Assembly (NCBI GenBank): GCA_030770535.1 | Contig: JASVEC010000015.1 | Location: forward strand, 372,001 to 436,000 | DNA length: 64,000 nucleotides | Source of the DNA: Batkoa obscura | Lineage: Eukaryota | Reading direction: 5' to 3' | In this document: positions 39,179 through 51,000 of the stretch, piece by piece | Layout: each line of letters starts with the position of its first letter | Position numbering within the stretch: position 1 is the stretch's first letter | The notes under the pieces: model-generated | Databases searched by the model: none | What the model saw: only the letters and a program-made list of their open reading frames with translations | What the model was told of the DNA's origin: nothing | Position numbers and translations under genes: made by a program

Positions 39179-40661
39179 TATTTTTAATAAAAGGAACAAT
39201 AATCTGTTTTTATAATTCCTCATTTAATGTTATTTTATACTTATAGCAAAAGAAGCCAATCAGCATATTTTTTTTATTTTTAAAGAAAAAGCAAGGTAAA
39301 ACATATGAAGAGATCGGAGCAATAGGTAATAGATATAAACTAGTATAACTAGTATGTGACTCTCTTTTCTGACTTTTTTTAAAACAAATTAAGAAATAGA
39401 TTCGTGCTTTAAGTTACATTGACGTGTTTTAATAAAAAAGTTTTAGCTATTTGTTGTTTAAAGGCTACTTTATAGTAGCCTCTGTACTCTTTATTAAATA
39501 AATAACTATTATAGATTTAAATTGAAGATTTGTTGATGTTTCCATTAGATGATTGAGTAGTTATTGCTATAGGATTATTCTTAAGATACTTTTTTTTAAA
39601 AGCAAAATATTTCACTATCATATTAAGTGTTATATTGGCTTTCACAAGATAAGTTATATGCTAATAGGGTATCCAGTTCATTTAGTCATCCACTTTGGAA
39701 ATTACAATTTGCTATTTTAGTGTAGGATGGTTAGCCTTAGAATACAATTAAGCCTCGGATCAGGAAGTCAAGTAACTAACACAATGTAGTTAGCTCACAA
39801 GCAAATGTTTTTAAAAGTATCAAGTATAGATAACTATTTAAATTGATTAAAGAGTTGGGACCTGTATTGGAGACACCATTAAATAATAAAATTGCATTTA
39901 AAACATTTGTGTTTAATTAAATTCGTACTAATTGAGTCACTAGAAACAACTTGGGTATGTTAGTTTTTATTACATTTAATCGCAAGCTATGTTTTAAATT
40001 AATTATAGTCCTATAATAAAGTTTTTGTAGAAAGATGTTTATTTATAAAATAAACTAAAATTTTATTTTGAAATGTAATCTTTTTTTACTGTACTTTATT
40101 CTAAATAAAAGTGAGGTAAGTATTTTTAAATTTCATAGGGTTTATTTTTGTAAGTGTAGGCTAGAAGTTAAAAATAGCTTTTATTTTTATCATTTTTTGT
40201 CGAATTTCACCTTTTATTAGGTCATCTATTTTTTAGAATATAAATTATTTCATTATGAACAAATAGAAAAATATACATACATACATAACTCTTTTATAGA
40301 ATAATACTTCTCTTTATTATAAGTTTGTAATTAAAGCATAAAGATAAATTAAACAAAGGATTATAATGAATAAATTAGGTACAGTAATTGATAATCGATT
40401 ATAGTTAATAAAAGCTAGTAAAGTACCCATGTTTATTTATTAGACTTTATACATCAATTTTAAATTAACAAAAATTAAAATTTCCGACTTTAAGGAGAAT
40501 AAAAACCAAGAACCAGAAGAATAACTGATTCAATTTTACCTTGTAAAAAGCTAAGCTAAATTAAATAGTATTTTTAATACTAATAGAAAAGTATAAAAAG
40601 AAACAAAAGTCTTTTATAATATAAAATAAATAAATAAATAATTAGATCCTGTAATATAAAA

Positions 40662-40841
40662 ATGGCCAGTGTAATTAATAACAGTAATGAAAGCATCAGT
40701 CAACTTATTGAAGCCAATTTAAATATAACAAAAGACGAAACCGAAACCAAATTAGATGCTGCTATCATCGAAGATATATTAAACCTTACCTTTGATGCCT
40801 TTTTACTAGACTATTATACCCTTAACTCTGATGAAAATTAA
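40662..40841 (+). CDS. Candidate small acidic protein, 59 aa
   Basis: MASVINNSNESISQLIEANLNITKDETETKLDAAIIEDILNLTFDAFLLDYYTLNSDEN*; AAAAATGG start context; TATAAAAAG about 70 bp upstream. Confidence 0.45.
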   Translation: MASVINNSNESISQLIEANLNITKDETETKLDAAIIEDILNLTFDAFLLDYYTLNSDEN

Positions 40842-41612
40842 GTTCAACTCTAGATAGGCTAAATAGTATGTATGTAAATAGCTACTTATATTTTTATTCT
40901 CCTCCTCTTATAATGGCTCGTCTTAAATAAATTCAAATAAATTTAATGTAATATTGATGTTGTTCTTAGCTCTTGATTATTGTATATACAGTTACCTTGA
41001 GTTAAGTGTGTTAGAGATTTATTTTACAATATATATAGCAATTAACAAAATTTAGTTATTTAATAGTAAAAATAAGTATAGTATACCTAATAGAAGTATA
41101 ATTATACATTTAAATGAGGTTGATTTGGACTATTGTTTTTGTTTCAGAATATTGAAAACAATATTTAATACTTCTTATCGATTGCCTTTTACTTTGAAGT
41201 ATCAACAAACAAAACAAATGGAACTAATATAGCACTCATTAACACAACTCCTTTGAAACACTTTCTGATTTAATGATACTAGTAAAAAACATTGGAGATT
41301 ATGTAGCTGGGTAGTTTTTAAAGCCTGAGTTCTTATCCCAAAGAAATCTTAAAGATAGAATAAACAATTAAACAAAAACAAACATCAACTTCTAAAATTG
41401 AAACACTTTGATACCAATATCCTAGATCAAAAATATAGCTACAACACATCAGCTCATGAATTGCCTTTTCAGTTCTTTGGCTGGGTTTTATAAAGTACTC
41501 TATCCTTCATGGTAAGAAAAAAAACCATTCAGCCAGTGTAGTGTAAAGTCATTCAAATAGAATTTGCTAAAAAAATATCCTATTTCTATTTACAATTATT
41601 GTTTAACTATAT

Positions 41613-41704
41613 AGGAATGTCCCTTCTTGTTTAAGAAATTTGCTAATATTTTTTCCACTCAAAAGGCTTAAAAAATAAAAAAGCGATGACTAAAAAACAT
41701 TCCT
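41613..41704 (+). mobile_element. MITE copy (degenerate)
   Basis: AGGAATGT...TGTTTAAGAAATTTGCTAA...TTTTCCACTCAAA...AAAAACATTCCT. Confidence 0.75.
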
Positions 41705-41982
41705 AAATATTAATAAAATTTTAGTATTGTAAATTTTGATGAAAAACAATAGACTAGGCTCAAAATTGATAAAAGTAAAAGTTAATTTCATTTTTAATTT
41801 AAAACTTGGTAACAATTTAGAGGTTTTAAACGATTAAATAATTCCAGGTTTTTTTAAATCTAGTTTTAACCTTTAACCTAAAATTGAATTCTAGGTACTA
41901 TAGATTCACACTATAAAAACATTGGTAGTAATGAAAAAATAATGTAAAAGTTTAAACAATATTCATTGATTTATTGATATAT

Positions 41983-42079
41983 GGCGATGCTTTTTGGCTT
42001 CATTACTTTTTCCATTTTTTAAGCCCTATTTGAGCGGAAAAATTGTTAGTAAAATTCTTAAATACAAAGATACATCCCC
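41983..42079 (-). mobile_element. MITE copy
   Basis: ATAT|GGCGATGC...TACATCCCC|ATAT. Confidence 0.9.
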
Positions 42080-42185
42080 ATATTCTAATTCATAAAATAG
42101 CTAGACCTATCTTTTTCATGATTACCTTAGGTTTGATTCTTGTATTTTCTATCCCAGTTCCAACTAATTTAGTACCCTAAATTAG

Positions 42186-42746
42186 CACTTCAGTGAGTCC
42201 TCTTTTGGATTAGTAGCTGGAAGTGATTCTATTTTAAATTTCGGAGCTACTACTGGTGTTGCTTCAGGACCAAACTCTTCTTTTGGCGCCAGTTCAAATG
42301 TAGCAAGTGTTACAGCTACTCCCTACAGTAATACTCTATCGTCAGGAAACAATGCTATTTCTGGTGTAACTGGTGATTCTGGATTTTTCAATCCATGATC
42401 TAACTTTGGAAGTGGAAAGACTAATGGCTATGGTTCTAATGCTGCTTTTTACGGTATTGGACCTGTTTCTGGCGTTACTTCAGGTACTACCAGTTTTGGT
42501 GCTTCTATTAATTTCCGAGCTTCTCAAGCCACTTGTTTGGACTCATCTGGAGTTACTGAACCTGGGGCTAGTTATGGTCAATCTCCTGAACCATATTCAG
42601 GCACTAATGTTAAGAACAATGTAGTTGGCCTTACTAATGGGGTCAGATCTGCTGGCACTTCCAACAACTATGGTTCGTCTACTGGACCTGGCATTATTGG
42701 CGCTCGAACTAATTTCAATGGCTACAATAACACTATCCCATATTGA
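42186..42746 (+). pseudogene. Gly/Ser/Asn/Thr-rich low-complexity gene, disrupted
   Basis: One frame reads SSFGLVAGSDSILNFGATTGVASGPNSSFGASS...DSGFFNP*SNFGSGKTNGYGSN...TNFNGYNNTIPY*, with in-frame TGA at 42396-42398. No intact start; a MITE lies just upstream. Confidence 0.72.
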
Positions 42747-43050
42747 TAATTATAAATAAGAATTTTATTTACAAAATCTTATTTTTTGTCCAAATTTATT
42801 TCACAACAGCAGATACTTTTTTACATCGTTTAGCGATATTCAATTTAAAGCTATTTATTTACTTAATATATTACTTACCAATGCTACTTTGAGAATATTT
42901 AATATCACATCTAAGCATATAAATATACCACGGATATACTTAATCTTATCGCGATACTAAATATTTTAAAACACAGTGTTAGTTAGAGATATAATGAAGC
43001 CTCAAAAGAATGCTAATGAAATTATTAGATTAACTTTATGTTTATGATAT

Positions 43051-43149
43051 GAGGATGTATTTTTGTGTTTAAGAATTTTACTAACAAATTTTCCGCTCAA
43101 ATAGAGCTTAAAAAATAGAAAAAATAGTGAAACAAAAAAAAGCACTCCC
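43051..43149 (+). mobile_element. MITE copy
   Basis: ATAT|GAGGATG...CACTCCC|ATAT. Confidence 0.9.
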
Positions 43150-43290
43150 ATATGCTTTAAAAAGAAATAAATAAGACTAAACTTTAAACCTAGAAAATTT
43201 ATGATGAACTTTAGTTTGTGTCTAATGTTATCTAATATCGATATCATATATCAATTCGTAAAATAATGAAATAAATTCGTTTTATTATAT

Positions 43291-43388
43291 GGGGATGTTT
43301 TTTTGGCTTCATCATTTTTTCCATCTTTCAAGCGCTATTTAAGTGGAAAAATTGTTAGTAAAATTCTCAAATACAAAAATACATCCCC
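43291..43388 (-). mobile_element. MITE copy
   Basis: ATAT|GGGGATG...CATCCCC|ATAT. Confidence 0.92.
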
Positions 43389-43530
43389 ATATAATGAAAT
43401 ATCGTATAGTTTTTATTTTTTAACTCAGGAGATATGTCATTATTGTATTTTATATATCCATAGCTGATTTATTATTGTATTTATTTATTAAATCACCTAT
43501 CATACGATTATAATTTAAGAGCAATTATAT

Positions 43531-43617
43531 AGGGATGTTTTTTGGCTTCATTTTTTCCTGTTTTTAAACACTATTTGAGCACAAAGATTAGTAAGATTAA
43601 ACAAAAAATACACCCCT
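43531..43617 (-). mobile_element. MITE copy (internal deletions)
   Basis: ATAT|AGGGATG...CACCCCT|ATAT. Confidence 0.82.
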
Positions 43618-44641
43618 ATATACTTACTGATATAGTATAAAAGCTCGGATGTTATGAATGCTACAAAATATTAAAAAACCATTTTTGAGCTATATTAAAA
43701 CTTATAAATACAAAAAGAGGAATTCATAGAACACTGGTATATTATAAAATGTGTTTTAAGTTTATCTATTGTCTATCATATTTAGTATTTTACTTTAGAG
43801 GTAAATGGCTCGATTAACCATAAGGTGAGATGGTATTCTAATTCTATAAAGCCTAGCCAACCTATCCAAACTAACGATTATAGGGTAAATCGTAAGCGCT
43901 GACTATGTGTAGATAGAAAAACTACCCCAATGTTGAACTGAGAGTGAATAAGCCACTTTTGATTATGTTTGGGCTTCTTTATTATAAGAGGCCAGTAGTA
44001 ATAGTAAGCTTTATTGGGCTTTGAAAATTTTTACAGCGATAATGCTATTGTTAAAAACAAGTTCCTTAAATCCGATACTAGCGCCGAACCTGAGATCAAG
44101 TTTAATCCTTTTAATGTTTATAAATCAAATTAAAATTACAATAGATGAAAAGACTTGAAGTTAGTTCTAATGAGTTTTAAACAATATATTGTAAACACTT
44201 TATTACAGATTTGTAGAATTTTACATAAGTACTCCTGCTTTATTTTAGCTCTATAACTAACATAGCAAAGACTTACTTTATATTTAAGCATCTAATTTAA
44301 AACAAGGTATCAAAAACCTGTTAAAGTTAGCCAAAAGCTTTATTAAAGCCAAACGGTAATTTTGACATCTGGATATTTGTAACAAATAAGCGAAGAGTAT
44401 CTTAATATTGTTGTTATTTAAAGAAAACCTGCAAATGTTTTAATGAAATGCTGCGTTGTAAATAATAATTTAAATCAACATAGAAACGATTTAGTTAATA
44501 TCACTGCACAAGATGCTATTATGCTTTATTTAAATTAGTGATGCATTAACCATGTCTGATTTGACCTAAACTATACTAACTCCATCCTTAGAAAATACAA
44601 CAGAATTAAAAACACAATAAACCCAATGACCACTAAATATA

Positions 44642-46771
44642 CTAATTAAAATCAACGTCTTTTAGTGAAATAACTGGGTTCCCCCCAATAAACTTAGTGA
44701 TAGAATACTCATATTTAGAGTTACCAATATATTCTTCGTTATTGTTAAAAGGAATATCTTTGACACTAACAACTGTAAATAGTTTACCATGCTCTTTAAT
44801 GTCATTATATTTATATTGAAAATCACAGTCATGATTTATAGTATTCTGGTTTTTTCTCTTTTTACCATTTATCCTTTTGATATTAAAATTACTTGGACTC
44901 TCATTGTAAAGCTCACTATCGCTCTGGCTACAAATCTCTTTTGAATCCGCTTCTAAACCTTCTTCATGATTTGCTCTTGTATTATTATAAATTTCAGGTT
45001 CAGACGCATTATCATTTATTTCACCTTCCTTATTATCAATAACTTGGCTGTTGTTATCTTGTTTGTTTGCGTTTTCGACTGTCCTTGATTTGGCCGCAGA
45101 TTTATTTTCTCTGCTGTCTCGTTCCATATGGCTTTTGATAACATTCAATTCTTCAGTGGATTCAATTTCAGGTCCACTTTCTGCGCTATTTTGAATAACT
45201 TTATTTACAGACATGTTTAACCCGTCACCATTTTCACTTCTATCACTGCTTATTACTTCATAATTTTGAATAGAGCCGCCATCAGTAACACATTGATCGA
45301 TTTGTGTAATATCTTTATTTTCTTCTACATAATCGTACGCTAAATTATCAATCCTGATTCCATTCAATTGCTCTTCCAATTCTTTTAGCTCTGATTCAAG
45401 TTCAAGTTCGTTTCCAAGAAGCATGTTGCTCAGTAATGAGGATACATCGCTATCGATTTCATATTCCTTTACTTTAGATGGGATTTTTGGAAACTCGATT
45501 TCGCTTAGTTCGTTATCCAAGTCATTTTTATCACTTTCAATTGTTGCTTTGATCATATTTTCTTCTTTTGCTTTATTTCCTCTTTTATTTATCCCATTTG
45601 ATAAAATACTTGGTAAACTTAAATAACTAGGTACTGAATGCAAACAGTCATATTTGATATCACTATGATAACTATTAAGTACCTTATAACTAATTTCCAT
45701 TAATTGATCATTACTTAAATAGGGTAACGATAATAACCAATGAGACAAAATTATGTTGTTAATATCGTTGTTATTATAGTTATGCTTAACTGTATGCTTT
45801 GGTAATTTGGCTAATAAATCTTCAAATCTATCTTGACCAGCGAAAGTAAATAAGACATGGAACTTATTGTTTTCCATAAACGGCGATTTAAATACATAAC
45901 CTTTTACTAATACATCTATCCTATTTACATATGGTAATATCCAGGGGATATTAAGGTTAGTATCATATTTATTGTTATCAAAATAATTATGGTAATTTTT
46001 ATCTGCTCTAATAAGGCTATGATACTCCTTGATGACGCCATTGATCTCTTTTGGTAACTTTATCACGTTGAATACTCTCATTATTGCCGGATGGGTTAAT
46101 GACGCTATAATTGAAGCAAATCCGTTGAAATCTTTATATTTAGCTAATAAAATTTTACTTGTTTGAAGTAAAACATTTATCGTTTTAAACAATTGCTTAT
46201 TATTTGCATTGTCATTTAAGTTTGCAAAAAAATATCTAAATGGGTAGCTTAGCAAATTTCCTAATTGATTACCTATTGTTATGCTGCTATTTAATTCAAT
46301 TTCTTTTTTTATAAAAAGATTTAATAACAAATGAGTAAGACTATTTGAAATATACACTTGTAAATCAACTAATCTCTTAAGTATAAACTCGTTGTTACCC
46401 AAGATAAATGGACAAGGCCTATTATTGGTAATAAAGTTTCCGTTTCTAGTACGCTCTTGATCTAAAAAACAATTCCATAGATTTGAATCTAAATTATAAA
46501 TATTACTAGCCAAATCCTCGGGGATTAGCTTCAACAATTCATACTCTTTTGCTTTGGATATACTCTGCTCCACCCTTTCCAATTCAATCTTTGCTACGCC
46601 ATGCTTATCTAACTTTTGTCTTAGCTCAGCTAATGTATGCCTATCTTTTGAATCTAACTCATCATTATATCTACTTTCCTTTTCAATGCATCCTTTCAAC
46701 TTAATGGCTAACTCAGATAATGGTATAGTTGGCTGATAGTTGTACTGATTTTTATTTTGTATCTGCTCCAT
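44642..46771 (-). CDS. Divergent RasGEF (CDC25-homology) domain protein with acidic disordered C-terminal half
   Basis: DFNGFASIIASLTHPAIMRV, KNYHNY and IPWILPY resemble RasGEF catalytic blocks (NFN..AI..AL....I.RL; NY..Y; IP.L..Y); 709-aa ORF. Confidence 0.6.
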   Translation of the reverse strand: MEQIQNKNQYNYQPTIPLSELAIKLKGCIEKESRYNDELDSKDRHTLAELRQKLDKHGVAKIELERVEQSISKAKEYELLKLIPEDLASNIYNLDSNLWNCFLDQERTRNGNFITNNRPCPFILGNNEFILKRLVDLQVYISNSLTHLLLNLFIKKEIELNSSITIGNQLGNLLSYPFRYFFANLNDNANNKQLFKTINVLLQTSKILLAKYKDFNGFASIIASLTHPAIMRVFNVIKLPKEINGVIKEYHSLIRADKNYHNYFDNNKYDTNLNIPWILPYVNRIDVLVKGYVFKSPFMENNKFHVLFTFAGQDRFEDLLAKLPKHTVKHNYNNNDINNIILSHWLLSLPYLSNDQLMEISYKVLNSYHSDIKYDCLHSVPSYLSLPSILSNGINKRGNKAKEENMIKATIESDKNDLDNELSEIEFPKIPSKVKEYEIDSDVSSLLSNMLLGNELELESELKELEEQLNGIRIDNLAYDYVEENKDITQIDQCVTDGGSIQNYEVISSDRSENGDGLNMSVNKVIQNSAESGPEIESTEELNVIKSHMERDSRENKSAAKSRTVENANKQDNNSQVIDNKEGEINDNASEPEIYNNTRANHEEGLEADSKEICSQSDSELYNESPSNFNIKRINGKKRKNQNTINHDCDFQYKYNDIKEHGKLFTVVSVKDIPFNNNEEYIGNSKYEYSITKFIGGNPVISLKDVDFN

Positions 46772-46917
46772 TTTGACATAAAATGTTGAAAGTATAAAAA
46801 CCCAGAATCTATAATTGAAAACTTTTTATTTTTGGTGATATGATATCATTTTATATTTTTTAAATTAATAGGCCAATTAAGAAAAAAGGCTATAAATTTA
46901 AAATCAAACTACTATAT

Positions 46918-47015
46918 GGGGATGTATTTTTTTGTTTAAGAATTTTACCAACGATCTTTCCACTCAAATAGTGCTTAAAAAATGGAAAAATAATGAAACT
47001 AAAAAAAACAGCCTC
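46918..47015 (+). mobile_element. MITE copy
   Basis: ATAT|GGGGATG...CAGCCTC|ATAT. Confidence 0.92.
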
Positions 47016-47241
47016 ATATTTTTCTGTTTATAACCCTCCTTCACTAAAGTTTTTATATGTTTTAAGGGAATTGTTACTTTATTTATTAAAATTTTAATAA
47101 AATAATAATTTTTTTAAATTACATAAAATTTAGTGAAAAGGAAACTATAATTTAAAAAAAAAGTAATATTTTAAAGTCAAGTATTAATGATAATAAAAGT
47201 TATAGTTTTGTTTTTAAATATCCAGCATTAAAGCAACTATT

Positions 47242-47337
47242 GGGGATGTATTTTTGTGTTTGAGAATTTTACTACAATCTTTCCACTCAAATAGCGCTTA
47301 AAAATGGAAAAATAATGAAACTAAAAAAGACAGCCCC
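47242..47337 (+). mobile_element. MITE copy
   Basis: TATT|GGGGATG...GACAGCCCC|TATT (TSD TATT). Confidence 0.92.
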
Positions 47338-47512
47338 TATTAATTTATTATATAGGAATACTGTACTTTTAGCTTTTACTTACTGTTTGAGCTTAAAGTT
47401 TAGAGATATTATTTGTTGATAGTTAATTATTAATTATAACAGTATTTATGTATTATAAAGATAGCTTTAAATATTTATAAAATCAACAGTTTTTATTAGT
47501 AAAATATGGGGA

Positions 47513-47980
47513 TGTGAAAGTTGATACTTAGTGGCCGAAGTTAAAAGCTACTCTTGCTTAATTAACTTGCCTTGAGTCGAAGGGTCTTAGTTTATATAAC
47601 TAAGGTAGACTTAACTTAATAGAAATAGTATGTAGTAAGCTACAAATTATGTAAAACAAATACAATGGAAGATACTACTATAAAATCTATATCAGATGTT
47701 GTCAGAAAGACTTAGTGACTTTATTAATGATACGTTATCAGGGAGTAATCCAATTAAAAAAAAACCTGGAGTTATCATATTGAAGAATCTCTTTTATACT
47801 CCAATAAATATGGATATTAATACGAGAGGATGTTATTCCTTGCAATATGAAGTTAGAAATTCTCGCAGCAAATCAAAATAAGGGACTCTGACTTGATTGT
47901 ATTTGAACTTGAGAACACAGCAACTTAAGTGATTGTTGCGTTATAATCAATCCGAGAGCTAAATAAAGCAATATTTCACA
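47513..47980 (-). repeat. 3' LTR
   Basis: TGTGAAAG...TATTTCACA, identical by eye to 54697-55164. Confidence 0.97.
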
Positions 47981-47991
47981 TTTCCCTCCCT
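47981..47991 (-). other. Polypurine tract
   Basis: Minus-strand AGGGAGGGAAA immediately before the 3' LTR. Confidence 0.88.
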
Positions 47992-48066
47992 ATGATTTGA
48001 TGTAGTGAATTTTTATGATTTACTTACCAAGAGCAATTTGACTAGTTACGAATTGTACTCATTGAA

Positions 48067-51000
48067 TCACATTGCTGATTTGAGAAACTTGGCATGGACT
48101 CGATTATAAATGACGCTTGTTCCTTTATGTTTAATCGAATAGCTATCATACAAGTGTTTATGTATGATTTCATATGGTCCGTCCCATTTCAGTGCCAGTT
48201 TATTTTTTCTAGGTTGGTTGTAGGAAGGATACAAATAAACAATATCTCCTACCTTGAAAGTGGCTAGACTAGGAAGTCTGGACATATCTTGCTGATACCT
48301 CTTTATCTTCGAATCTGTTAATGCGTTAAAGGCTTCAACTTGGATAGCTATCAATTTTTTTGTTAGTTTAGCCAAGTATATGTCAGGGCTTATCTCGCCT
48401 TGTTTAGCGATTAAAGGGGCAAAAGATATGGGGAGCCCAGGGTGTCTCCCATAAAGCATAATAAAAGGAGACTTTTTAGTAATACTGTGTACTGAATATC
48501 TATATGCTAAAATAGCGGAATGTAGATATTCATCCCAACAGCTAGTTTTGTCAAAAGCTAGTTTTCTTAGTATACGTATTAGTGTACCGTTTACTCTCTC
48601 AACCATTCCATTAGTTTCTGGATGATACGGAGCTGCAGTAGAATGTCTTATGGCCATTAGTCTGGCTAATTTTGGGAGAACTAGATTAACAAAATTGGCA
48701 GCATTATCGGTAAGTATCACCTGTGGGCTTCCATGTCTACAAATAATATCTTCATATATAAATTTAGATATGTGGAAGGAAGTCTGGTTTGGTATTGCTC
48801 TAGCTTCAACCCACTTAGTTAGATGGTCTATAGCTACAACGATATACTTATTTCCTCTTACTGAAGAAGCTTCACAAAGAGGGCCTATCACATCTATACT
48901 TACCGTGTGGAATGCATGTTTAGGTAAAATAAACTTGTAAGCTGTTACTTTTATCCTACTTTGTTCTCTTTTACAAACATCACAATTATTTATGAAGTCT
49001 TCTAAGTCTGGTATCATTGATTCCCAATAGCAGGAAACTTTCATGGTGTCATATGTTTTTTGGAAGGCTGAATGCCCGCAGATCACATTGTGAAACTGTT
49101 GACATGCAGATAGCCGCGAAGAAGGCTTAATATACGGAATATATGTTCCTTTAATCTTTTTGTACAATGCATTACTTTTGACAATGATATTCTGGGCATT
49201 TTTCTCAAGCCATTGTTTAAGCTCAGGTTGTTGTTGCGGCCACTTATTTTTATTACCCAATAGGTTGTACAGATCATCATCTATGGGGGTGGCTAGACAG
49301 ATCCTGGGTAACCTACTAAGCCCATCTGCATTTTGGTGATCTTTACCTGGCTTATATACTATATCAAAACTATACGATTGTAGTTTTAGAGCCCACCTAG
49401 CTAGACGTCCTTCAGGATTAGTGATTGAATATAACCACTTTAGGGAAACATGGTCGGTAATAACAGTAAAGTGAGTGCCATAGATATACGGTCTAAATGC
49501 CTTTATAGCATGAATAATTGCAAGGCATTCCTTCTCTGTCGTAGTGTAATTCCTCTCATGCTTCGATAAGGTTCTAGAGGTATAAGCTATTGGATGCTCG
49601 CAGTTGTCATCATCCAGTTGACTTAAAACACCTCCAACTGCCGTTAGGCTAGCGTCGGTATGCAGGGAGAAGGGCTTTGAGAAATTTGGAAACATCAACA
49701 CTGGGGCGTTAAGCAGCTTATCGCGAAGTTCTTCAAAGGCTTGTTGGTGTTCTTCTTTCCATTGAAACTTGACTTCTTTCTTTAACAATTGGAATAGTGG
49801 AGTGGCTAAGTTCGAAAAATCTTTTATAAATCTTCGGTAGTAATTCATTAGTCCGAGGAATACTTGTACTTCTCTCATCGTAGTTGGGGGGAAAAGCTCT
49901 TTTACTGCATCTAATTTATTAGGAATAGGAGCTAAACCTTTGTCAGAGACCTTGTAGCCTAAAAATTCCAGACTAGTTTGGAAAAATGAGCATTTTTTTG
50001 GCTTTAACTTTAAGTTAGCTTGGCGAAGACGTTCGAATACTGCTTTAAGGTGATTTAGGTGATCCACGAAAGTCTTCGAGAACACATTCAAGTCGTCTAA
50101 GTAAATTAGTACACATGAGAGCTTAAGATCACCTAGTGTATTATCCATAAGACGTTGGAATGTAGCAGGAGCGTTTGAAAGGCCTTGTGGCATCCTCGTT
50201 GGTTGAAATAGTCCTTCGGAAGTAATCAAAGCGCATTTCTCTTGGTCTTCCGGATCCATTTCTACCTGCCAGTATCCTGAGATTAGATCCATTGCTGAAA
50301 AGTATTTTGCACCTTGTAAGCGGTCAACAGCATCATCTATTCTGGGTAGTGGATATACATCCTTCTTTGTGATTTTGTTGAGTTTCCTATAGTCCATAAC
50401 TACTCTATTAGTTCCATCTTTTTTCTTAACAATCATAAGGGGAGAGGCCCATGGACTATTTGAAGGGATAATCAAACCTAATCTTAAAAGTTTTTGGACT
50501 TCTTCTCGTTCTGCCTTAAGTTCAGACTGAGATTTACGATATGCTTTAGTTGCAACAGGTAGTGAATCACATGTATATACTTTATGTTTAGTATTGCGGG
50601 CACAGCCAATATCTTCTTCTGAAGTTGCAAAGACGTCTTTATATTCTTCCAGCAATTTATAAAATTGAAGTTGTTCATCTGGGTTTAGATGTTTAATAGT
50701 GTCTTTCTCAACAAACAGGGTTTGGTTATTAGGGGCTTCTTCATAAATTTGGAATTCTTCTAGTGTTGCAAATTTACTGAAAGTATTAATCACAATGTTA
50801 TTTTCTACGTGGATTGTACCAACCTGTTGACCTCTAGAGATTTTGATATCTTTTTCGGTAATGTTGGCAAGCAGTAGTTTTATAGTCTCATTCATGTTAT
50901 TACCTAAAATCCCGGGCATAGTTAGAGGTTCTAATCTTGAAACACTTTCTATACTGTATATAGATAGATGGAACTCCTTAGGTACCCATAATGAGATTTC

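Noticed and set aside
39462..39481. Hairpin AGGCTACT-TTAT-AGTAGCCT upstream of the F-box gene
   Set aside because: A short single stem; plausible by chance
47696..47881. 61-aa ORF duplicated at 54880-55065
   Set aside because: Lies inside the LTRs, antisense to the element; the duplication only reflects LTR identity
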